A program made the translations under genes and the position numbers. Shown one piece after another: positions 50,217-62,019 of a stretch of DNA of 64,000 bases. Each line of letters opens with the position of its first letter. Position 1 is the first letter of the stretch. The stretch covers positions 5,022,001 to 5,086,000 of the forward strand of contig NEEC01000002.1 in NCBI GenBank assembly GCA_002189035.1, in the 5' to 3' direction. A model generated the notes under the pieces. The model ran no database searches, had not been told where the DNA came from, and saw only the letters and a program-made list of their open reading frames with translations. The stretch is from Utricularia gibba (lineage: Eukaryota > Plantae > Magnoliophyta).

Positions 50217-52271
50217 ATGGGGAGAGGGAAAGTGCAGTTACAGAGAATCGAGAACAAAATCAATCGCCAAGTTACTTTCTGTAAACGAAGATCGGGGCTC
50301 TTGAAGAAAGCCCATGAAATTTCTGTTCTCTGCGATGCTGATGTTGGTTTAATCGTCTTCTCCGCTAAGGGAAACCTCTTTGAGTACGCTACTGATTCTT
50401 GGTACGTTGATTTCATTGGTTACCGTTGTTTTATAGAGATATGAGGAACTTTCCAACGTTTTTTTTTTTTTTTGGTTTGATGCATCAGGTTTCTTCATAA
50501 ATTAATCTTATCATGGAACAACTATCATCATGTTTCAAGTTCTTGTTTCATGAACTTTCCAAATGTTTCTCTATCCGTATTACACAACCACCATGCTTTA
50601 GATTTATGGGTATTCGTTCCATGTGAACAATATTTACTGCTTTTGCATTCATGCGCTAAAAGATAGAACCAAGCATCTCATATCCAAAAAACGACTTGTG
50701 TATCAAACGAAGTTGAGTGGTTTATAAGGCACATAATTCACTTGTTTTTTTTTTTGTGTGTTTATATTATGGAACCAAATTACCTTATGGCTCAACCCAT
50801 CAGATACTGAATTCAAATGTATTCATCCTGGAGTCATTAATTTGGTTTTGCATGTTTAGCATGGAGAGGATTCTTCAGCGATATGAGAGGTCTTCGCTTA
50901 CGGAGGGAGAGTTAAAGGAGTTGGAATTGGAGACACCGGTAAAGGAAACTTCGTATTCATTGCAAAAATGATGTATACTTGTTTGTAACAGATATGGAAT
51001 ATTTTGGCAGAGAAGCTTGAGATTGGAGCTTGCAAAGCATAATGCTCGAATGGAGGTTTTGGAGAGAAACCTTAGGTTCTTTTTCACAGCTTGCTCCCCA
51101 TATCCTGCTGCTACTTCATATGCTGCATGATATCATTTCCATCTTTTGAAAATCGAGTCTTTTTTCTATTAAATAAATGCTTGCAATAAGGAACTAGGAT
51201 CCTATTGATTTATATTTGTTTTCTCAACCCTTTGAATTTAGGGAAGAAAAGGGATGGTTGGTCCTGCTTTTCTTTACCTATTGTTGTTGTATCAAAACAA
51301 CGAAAAGAAGACAGATGTAGTGTGGTGTGGGATTTAATTTTTAGAAACGGGTTATGCTCAAGTTCGACATGTAAACTTTGCTTACTCGATCCCAGGCATT
51401 ACATGGGAGAAGATCTTGAAAATCTCAACCTGAGAGAATTGCAAAGCTTGGAACATCAGCTTGATGTTGCCATGAAGCATGTTAGGTCATGCAGGGTATG
51501 AAGTGCAATTCATGCAGTATTTTATACAAGGAGGTGTTCTGAGTGTGCGTGTTATGTGGAAATGGAAAAAAAATGTGTTTCTGAATTATGCATGTACGCC
51601 TCAATGCATTACTGTTACTTCCCCATGCAGGATCAGTCCATGAGTGAATCCATTTCCATCCTCCAGAAGAAGGTATATAACATGGTTGTTTAGAGCAGCT
51701 AGGGTGGCTCAGTGGTTGTTTAGTTTCAATGTATCTAAATAAGCAGTGAATAATCTCAGACATGAATGTCTGCGCAGGGCAAGTTGTTGCAGGAGCAAAA
51801 CGGCATCCTTTCCAAGAAGGTGAGGTTGATTGGTTGCCTTGTTCATACTGTGTGTTTTGTACTCATGATTCCATTTTCGAGCCCTTGGATCTTCAGATCA
51901 AAGAAAGGGAAAAGGAAATGACTCTGTTCATTGCACCGGAGCAACATGGCCACGTAACGATCCTTGGACATCAGCTTTCGAGCGCCTGGAATACCAGGTA
52001 TCATCACCTCTAGCTCCATTGCCATTGATTATCTTGAATTCAGTGGCACCTGTTAAAAAACAGAAATGACACTCCATTCAGACATGCACTACACACCCTT
52101 AAACTGAGCTGATAATGATACTTTTCTTTTTCCTGAAAATCCTGGAGGAATGGAAACAGTGAAGTGCATGCGGTCACAGAAAAGAATAACAGACATACCG
52201 TGGTTCCTCTCCAAGATCCCGGAGTCTCAATGATTCCACGATGGATGTCCTCGCATTGCGAAAACGGGTGA
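50217..52271 (+). CDS. FUL: MIKC MADS-box factor of the AP1/FUL lineage (FUL-like); 8 exons
   Basis: [43 protein letters not shown]-box [23 protein letters not shown], two 42-nt exons, IKEREK and C-terminal MIPRWMSSH. No CaaX motif, so not euAP1. Confidence 0.92.
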
Positions 52272-52721
52272 ACTGCAGCTCAGCTATCAGCATCCCAGTC
52301 CTGAGGCCAAAATGCAGCGTTATACTCTTGAGCCAAATACTCTTTCTTAGGTTGCCTTCTATTGTGTATTTGTATGGCGGCTCTGGCTCTTAAACATGAG
52401 AAGCAAGGACGCAGGTGTCTATTTCCACTATCATGTACATGAAGGAATTTAAACGGTGTCTATTCCCTGAGTGACACAAGTTACATGCGAGCTTTCATAT
52501 TCATGCAGCATAACCGCAGGTAAGAAGAAGCGCATGCATGCCTCAGCATTTCACTTTTCAAGACAGATGATTCCTTGTGGTAGCATCAAGCCAAGCTGCA
52601 CCATTCTCAATGGCTACGGAATGAAGAAAACCACCCACCTGCACAGACTCATACATAGAATTCATCTCACCATATTCCACCTGCTGTAGGAGTGCTACCT
52701 TCCTACACTTTCATCTAGTTG

Positions 52722-53750
52722 TGTTATAACAATCTTGTAACTCCGAGTAGAATGCCAAGAACACTACTCACAATCTCCAGAATAATGAGATGCCAAGCGG
52801 TACGAAGGAAAAGGCAAAGGGGAAACCTAAATGTTACTATCCTTCGGTTTTAGACAGCTATCGATTCTTGTGGGAGAGGAAAAGTGGAACAGGAAATACG
52901 ATGGTGAAGAAAAGTGCAAACAATACGCTGCAGTTTGATTTGTGCAGCAAAACAAATTTCTAAGGTATCCCTAATGACAAATACCCCCTCCTTGATCAAG
53001 GATGGAAGGACTGCCATGCGTCCCGCCTACTAGATTATTAACTAGTCTGATAGTCTTTGGTTGTATTTCAATCAGACCAAAATTGTTTTCTCAGACATTA
53101 TCTTTCTTTCAATGCTTCCAAATCCCTAAAACCTTTACTTTTCAACATTTTGTATGAGAGTAAATCGATGCAATTGTTTGCTTCCACCTTTCAACTCCAT
53201 CGTTGCTCCAACACTCCTCAAGATGGGAATTCCAAATGATTGACCCAGTTTATGACCAAATGCATCAAACGGCTCAGGTGCAAGAGCTTTAGTAAAGAAG
53301 CCGATCAGGAAACTAATGAAGAGAAACTACCCACAGTCCTCAAATGATTACAAACAGCATGACAATCCAGCTCAATGTGTATAGTATGTTCATGAAACAT
53401 TGGATTTTCAACTATCTTAATAGTAGGACGATTGTCGCAGAAAAGCTTTAGGATGCAACGGGACAACATTGAGGTCTGTAAGGAGACACCTACTCAATAG
53501 AATATCTCCAGTACCATATCTGATATTCTGCTTCGGCCAATGAGCTAACTACTGTTGTTTGCTTTTTGATCTTCCAAGAAATTAGAGAACCTCTTGTTGT
53601 TGCTGGATACGTACATGCAATGAATACCCATTGGCTCCTTTCATTAAACTTGGTGATCTTCAAACTATGTTCTTGGTCAGCACCTTCGTTGTCTTGCTGG
53701 TATTCAGCGGGGTGAGCTTATTTCGTGCCTTCATGTTGCCAAGCTTTAGC
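52722..53750 (-). mobile_element. Truncated Ty1/Copia: RNase H fragment, PPT and ~258-bp 3' LTR
   Basis: Minus-strand LFCDNRPTIKIVENPMFHEHTIHIELDCH, PPT GGAGGGGGTA (reverse complement of about 52982-52991), and LTR TGTCATTAG...GTTATAACA (52979-52722). Confidence 0.8.
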
Positions 53751-54544
53751 AAAATGTACCATCCATACCTAATTTTTTTATAAGAATAAAAAATTCATAA
53801 GTTTATGTTATACCAAATCCTTCCTATCCTATGTTTGTATTATAATTGTAATAATTTTAAAAAATATCCACTATCATATCACTGTGTAAGAAAAGTATCC
53901 ATCTCATATGAGAAAAATAATATTATTTTGTAAAAAAGATAAATATAGTAAGTAGATTTATACACAGCCTATAGGCCACAACTAGGCATCAAATCCCCCA
54001 CCCATTGATCATTTAACATGAACTCAATGAGAAAATTGATTATTCTCAATTAAAATTTTTTAGCTCTATAGGGTGGCCAAGTTTATAAATGGCTTGTACG
54101 CTTCTAATTCTATCCAAAAATGAAGAAACAAAAGATTATGAATTGGATTTCAATTTATTATTGTTATTTTTGTTTGGATTTGAAATTTTACCGTGATTTA
54201 TAAAAACAATCAAGAGAGAAAAACCTTCTCTTAATCCATTGTCCTATCAAATATGGTGAAATATAATATTTTAAGATATATGAGGGGGGGGGGGGGGAAT
54301 CGGGTACTAATTGAAAAAAAAAACCTACTTAATTTAAATATTTTAATAAGTAAAAATGGATTGAGCAAATAAAGAAGTTTAATTAATATGGTAATCAATT
54401 CGAAATCTTTCTGGGGGTTTATAGTTGTAGTGGCAACGTTCACATTTTCCATGTAATGAATTTAATTTTCCATTTCAAAATTTTAAGTCTCCGTTGCCAC
54501 TCCATCTCTGCGCCGCCGTTACCGGAGCAAGAGCAGGAGCAGGA

Positions 54545-55332
54545 ATGAGTGCATTCCCCAAATCCTTCACGTTGAAAATGAAAGACCTGGTTTCATGCTT
54601 CCACACCTGCCGTTTCCCTTCTGGTAACTAATTCTTCCATCCCCTTTTTCTGCTTCCATCATTTTACTCTTCTCATGTTTTTTTTCCTATAGAAGAGGCG
54701 CCTGACACCTTTAAAGGATCGCCAATTCCCGGCGCTGAAGGCGGCAAGGCGGCGGAGTGCGGTACTAGTCGCATATCCGAGCCTCGTCCGGTGGAGGAGG
54801 ATTATATCGTATTCTGCTTCCGGGATGACGGCGCTATCGACGTTGTAAACGAAGGCGGCTCGTCCGAGGAATGCGGCGATGAGTACGATCCCGGGGAGGC
54901 CAAATCATCGACTGCAGCAGTTGCGGATGGCAACTCCAGTCATCATGTATGTTGTAGACATTAGTTGCCATTGAGATGAACGTTCCAAGCCCCGTGTCTT
55001 CTTCTATGTCCATACACAGGAAAATCGAACCTGCTTCCCAAAATGCAGTCAAGGCGTGGAGAAACGAAGAATGGAGTGGCCTTCAGCTGAAGAGATCGAA
55101 GCGATGGAGCAGCATTCCCGTGACTCCAACATCTCAGATACTAGCAGCAGCTCCTTTGCCTTCCCATTGTGAGTATCGCTTTATCCTTCAGAGATGGTTT
55201 TCGATACAAAATTCGATATAGAAACATGCTCTAGAGGTGTTGCTTGGATGCAGACTGGCAACAGATTGCATCGGCAGCCCGAATAACATGCCTCGAACCG
55301 ATGGGGACGACCTGAAGACGCATGGATTCTGA
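54545..55332 (+). CDS. BASL: BREAKING OF ASYMMETRY IN THE STOMATAL LINEAGE-like polarity protein; 4 exons
   Basis: MSAFPKSFTLKMKDLVSCFHTCRFP, EEDYIVFCFRDDGAIDVV, DSNISDTSSSSFAFP and GSPNNMP match the conserved BASL blocks. Confidence 0.88.
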
Positions 55333-55614
55333 AGCAGTGGAGAACTTATCATCAATCAACCGTCGAGTAGAATTTTCTGAGAACAGCAGACAGGTTTCAA
55401 TGTAGATGGAAGGAATCAAGTGGAAGCACGTATCTGATGGCAAACTTTTCTCTCATGCTCTGTACAATTACAAATGAACTTTCATTTCCAAGAACTAAAT
55501 TGAACATCCAACATGATAAACTACAGCAATAGTTCTTGCATGACATCACAGTACTCTACAGAGAAATACAAGATAACTATCAAATACTCATACTCACCAC
55601 GCCCCTTTGGCCAC

Positions 55615-57502
55615 TCATTCGGCTTCAGCTAAAGCAATGGAATGCAAATAAAACCTCGCGGCCGCAGCAGAAGCTAATGATTCTTCATCTTGCTTTTCTT
55701 TTGCTGTGTTCAGAGCAGAAACATAAGCTTCTCTAGCATTTTCCAACTTCAGCAATGCCATCTCAGAATCCTGTAGCATTGTACGGTACTCGTCAGGAAT
55801 GAATACATGATAGATGTTTCGTTTTCTGAAAGATAGCATACCATTTTATCATCCTCGTCAGGGAAACAGGGGAGGCCATAGCAATTATCATCAGAAACTA
55901 GATCTTTCCTTGTCAAGCCTTCAATAAGTGACATGATATCTGAAAAGTCCCCTTGAAGCCTGTCCAGATCTTCTTGCAGCCTGCCGACCTTCTGGTTGGA
56001 TTCTGTCACCATCCATTGCAACTTTTCCACAGCAGCTTGTTTGTCAGCAAGTTTGATCTTCAAGAATGACGAAGGTGAATAATAATAATAATAATAATAA
56101 TAATGCTTACAGATCCCGGGTGAGTACAGAAAGAAGCTGAACCTTATAATGTCAAGACTACTTGAAAAAAGATGCATAATAATAAAAAAGGCAACAATTT
56201 GTAGAATGAATTGAATCAACATCTCCAAGCAGGAAAACAACTTAGGTTAGACCACGGAACCACCAATTAGAAAAGCTGTATTCAAACAGTAAGCTTATCA
56301 AAAGAACATCCAACCTTCGCATCAGAGAGCTGCGATTGAGTGGATTTAATCAATGCATCCTTTTGTGCAGCCTCATTGTGAAGTTCCTCAAGTTTCACAC
56401 GAACCGCACCCATCTCCTTCTTTGAAGCCTCTGCTAACTTAAGGAGTTCATTCTTTTCTGATAACTGTGTTTTAAGATCTTCAACCTCTCCACGCAGCAC
56501 CGTCAGCTCTTCCCTTTCCTTCTCTTCAAGGAATATTTTAGAGGTGAAAATCGAGAAGTTCTCAGAACAACCATTTTGATCAGTTCCGGAGTTCTGACGA
56601 CCTTTATCTCCTAGGCCCGTGTTCTTTTTTGCAGGAAGGGTTGCACTCCTCCCAACTGCCTACATACAAATCAACTAACTTTCACATTGACATTGAACAT
56701 GCAGCCTTAAAAGCCCATTAAACAAGTCTGTGATTGCGAAATCTATCTACCAACAATATCATAAAACTAAATCCTCAGTGGATTGGTTATCAGCCAGAAA
56801 TCCATAGCTGAAAAAAACAAAACTACAACCCTTACGAATAAGCTTGAAGTCAAATCGCCTTATCGCAAGAAATTGACCAAAGAACTAAGCAAGCTAACTA
56901 GTGGAAGCCCAACATACAGCTTAATCTAAATTGCGAATTTGGTCAAATAGAAATAATTTCTGAAGAAACACCCCTATTTACCGTCCCGAAATTTTACTCC
57001 AAACCTGGGCAACCTTATGTCACGCAAAAAACCATGCGCCAGTAAAATTTCGGAAAAGAACAGTAAGATGAAGAAGAGTACAGAAACCTTCTTGTGAATG
57101 GAGTCTCTGGATGGTGTCTTGGTATAAATCATGGATGCCCGCTTAGTAAACGAGGTATTCGCCTTCCGATCCTGAGAGCCATTTGGTAGGTAAAAAGCAA
57201 ATGAGAATCCGGGACGCAAAATGCTAACCAATTCAAAACAACATTCAAGAACTTGAATTTAATTGAGGCTGACAACATACAATGAGGGACTGCACGAGAG
57301 GAAGAATCTCGACAAGGTTGTTGAAGAGGGTTCGATCGACATTCCCGGTGGCGGAGGCGGTGGCGGCGTCAGCAGTCAGTGACGAAATGGTGTCTCTGAG
57401 GTCGTCGTTAGATAGCCAGGAGTTGGGGTCCGATCCAAACCCACGATTTTCTTGCAAATCCAGTAAATACTGCTGCTGGGCACCGTAGAGTTTCCCGGCC
57501 AT
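55615..57502 (-). CDS. MBP2C: Microtubule/movement-protein-binding protein 2C-like coiled-coil protein; 5 exons
   Basis: GNVDRTLFNNLVEILPLVQSLI, SFTKRASMIYTKTPSRDS, IKSTQSQLSDAKIKLADKQAAVEKLQW, AREAYVSAL..AKEKQDEESLA.AA.AR. Confidence 0.9.
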
Positions 57503-57924
57503 CGGAAACCCTCGAACTTGACGCCGGACGTCGATCGGCTGCGCAAGTAATTTACCGGAGCTGTTTCAAATTCCGTGGAGACGTTGATTAGTGAGTGCAG
57601 AGTGGGGTTTCTTTTTCCACATTATTTATTAATTTGGATGCAATAATGCGCCCAGTGCATCCATTAAGCATTTTGCCATTCGCCGCATTTAAAGTGGGTA
57701 CGGCGGCACCCCTCCGTGGATGATTTCAAATAGGTCCCTTAACTCTCAAACATCACCGATTAGCCCCAAAATCGGTAAAATATCAATCCTCAGTAAGCAT
57801 TCTTGTCGAACATTCTGGAACATATTTCTGCTTCAGTAAAAGGTATTCTAGAAAATTTTTGGATTGTTATTTCAAAAGTAAAAATATTTTATAGAAATTG
57901 ATTTTTTAGAAGAAAAAAAAAAGA

Positions 57925-58815
57925 AGAATTGGCAAAACCACCACTTATATTTCTTGATTTGAAAATTTATGTCATAGTATTTGATATTAGTTAATTTGAC
58001 TACAAATCAGTTTTCTATTGAAATTTATGCCACTTTTATATTAAATTAATATATTCATGTGACTTCAATTTTAAATTTGTTAAAATATTTAAATTGTTAA
58101 TTTCTTATTGATTTTTTCTATTTTTTTATTTTTTAATTGGTGTTTTTTATATTACTAAATATTTTTTAATGAAAACTATTGTTTTCCATTATTTAAAATA
58201 ATAATATTTTTTAATGTTTTTTTGTTATTCTCACTTCTAGATGATTTTTTATTATAAATATATATAGTATTTAATGTAAATAAACTTACATAACGGTTAA
58301 AAATGCATTATATTTTTGTATGGATTATTTTTTTGTTATAACAATATGCAATATGTACTATAAATAAATTTGTATAACTATTGAAACTTTATTGTATTAT
58401 ATAAGTTGGTTTTTGAGTTTATTTTCTAATATGAATATTGATTTTCACAGGTATTTGATTTTTTCCCCTATTTTATAAGGCTTATATGTTTTGATATTCA
58501 CAATTTTTGTAATTTTGATATAACATTATGATCTGCTTTATTTAAATTTTATTTATGATATAAATTATACGTAGAAAATGACATTTTAAATATGGTGTGT
58601 GTAATACAATCATGGCAATTATTTGGAAAAAAATTACAACACCATCATTGGTTTGTGGCATAATTTATCTATATTAAAAATGCATGGCATAAATTACCAA
58701 ATTAAAAAAAATGTGGTTGATTTTGATTTTTTCCCATTAAAAAAATGGTATAAATTACAAAATAAAATTGATTTGTAGATTAATAAACTTTTAGCAGATA
58801 CATATGGCATAAATT
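57925..58815. mobile_element. Non-autonomous Mutator-like (MITE-like) element with degenerate long inverted repeats
   Basis: About 57965-58035 (AATTTATGTCAT...CTACAAATCAGTTTT...AATTTATGCCA) is an inverted match to about 58748-58815. The interior is very AT-rich. No TSD confirmed. Confidence 0.55.
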
Positions 58816-58899
58816 GTGAAGTGCAGCTCTTGGGTTCACTTGGGACTTTCATGTAGATAATGTGTTTGAGCCATATTTTTCTATTAAAAACATTACAAG

Positions 58900-61800
58900 T
58901 CCATTGTTGTTTCTAGCGTATGTGTTTTTTGAGATATAAGAAGTAGGCGTATGCTATTGCTCTGTGTGCGACGGGTTTGTCTTTGAAGCTAGGTATCTCG
59001 ACTCTGTACACAAGAAAGAGATTCCTGACAACAATTCTGCCTCCGTGCTTTAGGGTTTCTCGCACAAGTCCTCAAGTCAGGTTGTTTTTTTTCATCTTTT
59101 AGGTGTTCATATTGCTTTGCCTCGGTTCATCTATTGGACGTCTATAAAACCTACTGATTAAGTCCTTGTTATAAAATCTGTAGGTTTTTGTGAATTAGCC
59201 TCGATTTACTATTGTAACTTTGGGTTACCGTAGAATTTGTGAGGTGAACCACCTTTATTTTTTTTACTTAAGAACACAATTTAATAATAATAGATCATAT
59301 ACATAAAATTCCAACAAGTGGTGGAGATGCTGCGGTAGATGCTTCTTGATTATATGACTACTTGATCTCAACTGCTATGTGATCACTATACCTCATGCCC
59401 TTTTCTTATTTTGAAATACCTGTTCTACTTTGAAATTTTTCAAAAATGGGTGATAACGATCTGAAAACATGAATCACAACCTTCAAAACATCTTCAAATG
59501 GATTTTTGTATACAAAACCACATTTATTTGATGGCACTAATTACACTTACTGGAAAGCACCACATTCACATACTTTCAACAAAATTTGACTCTATATGAC
59601 TGTATTGTTTTGGGTGAAAGATTAGTTGATGACATGTTTAAACCCCTAGAACACCAAAAAAAATTCGAGCCATTGAATTGAATGCTAGATGTTCAAATAT
59701 CTTGAATCATGCTTTATCTCCTAGTGAATTTAATAAAGTTTCTGGGTGCAAAATGGCTTTTAAAATGTGGAAAAAACTGGAATTGATTTATGAAGGAAGT
59801 GATAAAGTTAGGAAAAATAAATTGACTATGCTAATGCATGAATTTGAGACATTCAATATGCTTTCAAATGAAACGATTTCCGATGCATAGAGATTTGCTC
59901 TTTTATGCAATAAGATTGAGCTTCTTGGAAAGTCTTTACCAAATGAGGATAAAAATTTTAAAATCTTGAGAAGCCTAGATGATTCTTGGACAGGTAAAAT
60001 CTACTTTGCATGAAACTAGAGATCTTGAAACATTATCTGTGGATGAGTTGTTTGGTGCTTTACTTACACATGAAATAAGTATAAATGCTAGGAAGCAACT
60101 CGTTGATATTATGCCATCACAAAACAAAACAAACTAAAAGGAAAATTATGCCATCACTTGATTCTAATGAATCTGATTCTGAGTTTGAGCTAGATGATAA
60201 TGATATTATACTCATTGCTAAGAAACTAAAATCATTTCTTAAGACCAGGAGCAAGGAAAGGAGCAAGTTGAAGGATCAGAAAATGGGAGAAATTACATGC
60301 TATAATTGTAAGAAACCAGGTCATATTCATGCTAATTGCCCTGAATTGCCGGAAAAAGAAAAGAACCATGAAAAGGAGAAGAAAATAGCTCTTGAAGCAT
60401 ACTTGGAGGATGACTCATCGGGTGATGAGACCTGTGGCTTGGCTAAGGTGACTTCAACATGCTATATGACTTTAGCTGAATCGTCCTTTTTATCGCATAA
60501 AATCCTCGGGCATGCAAGTTTAAATACCATTGAAAAGTTAGTTAAACAAGAACTTGTAAGAGGTGTCTCGCACAAAATAAAAAACGAATCCCCTTTTTGT
60601 GATGCTTGTATTAGGTCTAAACAAACAAGAAGTGAGTTTAAACCTATTAAAAGTTTAAATATTAAAGCAATATTAGAACTTATACATATGGATTTATTTG
60701 AAGAAGTCAAACCTAAAAGTTTAGGGGGAAAATGTTGGTGTTATGTCATTGTGGATGATTTCTCTAGGTTCACTTGGACATATTTTTTAAAATCAAAATC
60801 AGAAGCCATTTCAGTTTTTAAGAAATTTAGAATATTAGTTGAGAATCAAAAGAAACTTCCAATTAAGCAACTTCATAGTGATAATGGAGGGAATTTAAAA
60901 ACATAGGGTTTATTGAATTATGTGATGAGTTCGGTATTAAACATGCATTTACTTCAACAAAAAGTCCAAAACAAAATGGAATCGTTGAAAGGAAAAATTA
61001 TACTTTGCAGGAAATGGCTTAAGCTATTCTGCTAGAATCCAAAAGTGATAAATTTGGTTTAACTCTTTGAAACTTGAGAGTATCACAGATTGGTTAGGGA
61101 TGAAAAAAATATTTTTTAACAAATATTTTCCCGCTTCAAAAGCTGAAGGAATAAGGAAGGAAATCAATGACATTGAGCAAACAAGTGGAGAGTACTTATA
61201 TGAATATTGGGAATGTTTTAATCATCTACTAGGATTCTGTCCACACCACGGATTTCAGATCAATGTATTGGTCAAATATTTTTATGATGGACTTTTATGC
61301 ATTTACCTGAGTATGTGTTTCAACTAAATAAAGCTTTACATGGACTTAAACAAGCACTTAGAGCTTGGTATGAGAGGTTAAGTGAATATTTGTTGAAATC
61401 CGGTTTTAAAAAGGGTTCTATGGACAAAATTTTGTTTGTACTTACTGAAAATTCCCATTTGTTGCTTGTTCAAGTGTATGTTGATGATATTATTTTTAGT
61501 AGTACTTGCATTGAACTTAGAAAAAAATTCTGAGATATTATGTCCTCTGAATTTGAGTTGAGTATGATTGATGAACTTAGTTTCTGCGTTAGTCTACAAA
61601 TTAAACAATCTGAGCATGGTATTTTTCTTTCCCAAACCAAGTATATTAGAGAAATGATTAGGAAATTTAAGTTAGAAAACTCGAAGGGCATGAAAACCCC
61701 CATACAATTGCATGCTAGTCCTGGTTGAATGAAGAAGAGGAATGTGTTAGTGAGAAATTGTATAGGAGCATGATAGGTTCCCTATTTTGTGTTATATCAT

Positions 61801-62015
61801 CTAGACCAGATATTTTATTTTCTGTCTCTAAATGTACCGGATTTCAAACTGATCCAAAAATTGCTCATCTTAAAGCAGTTAAAAGAATTTCTTGGTATTT
61901 GCATGCTATTGAAAATTTAGGGTTGTTTTATCCTATGAGTGATGACTTTACTTTAACCTCTTTTACTGATTCTGATTACAATGAATGTAAAAGGGTCAAT
62001 TGGGGAACTAGGCCT
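58900..62015 (+). mobile_element. Decayed Ty1/Copia (SIRE-like gag) retrotransposon with internal deletions
   Basis: Gag PHLFDGTNYTYWK and CYNCKKPGHIHANC; integrase HKILGH..CDAC, VDDFSRFTW, HSDNGG, QNGIVERKN; RT LNKALHGLKQALRAWYERL and QVYVDDIIF. The protease region is missing. Confidence 0.9.
61055..61295 (+). other. Ty3/Gypsy (Athila-like) gag fragment embedded in the Copia pol
   Basis: WFNSLKLESITDWLGMKKIFFNKYFPASKAEGIRKEI...EYLYEYWECF..LL..CPHHG...FYDGL is a Retrotrans_gag signature not found in Copia pol. Confidence 0.8.
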
Positions 62016-62019
62016 CTGC

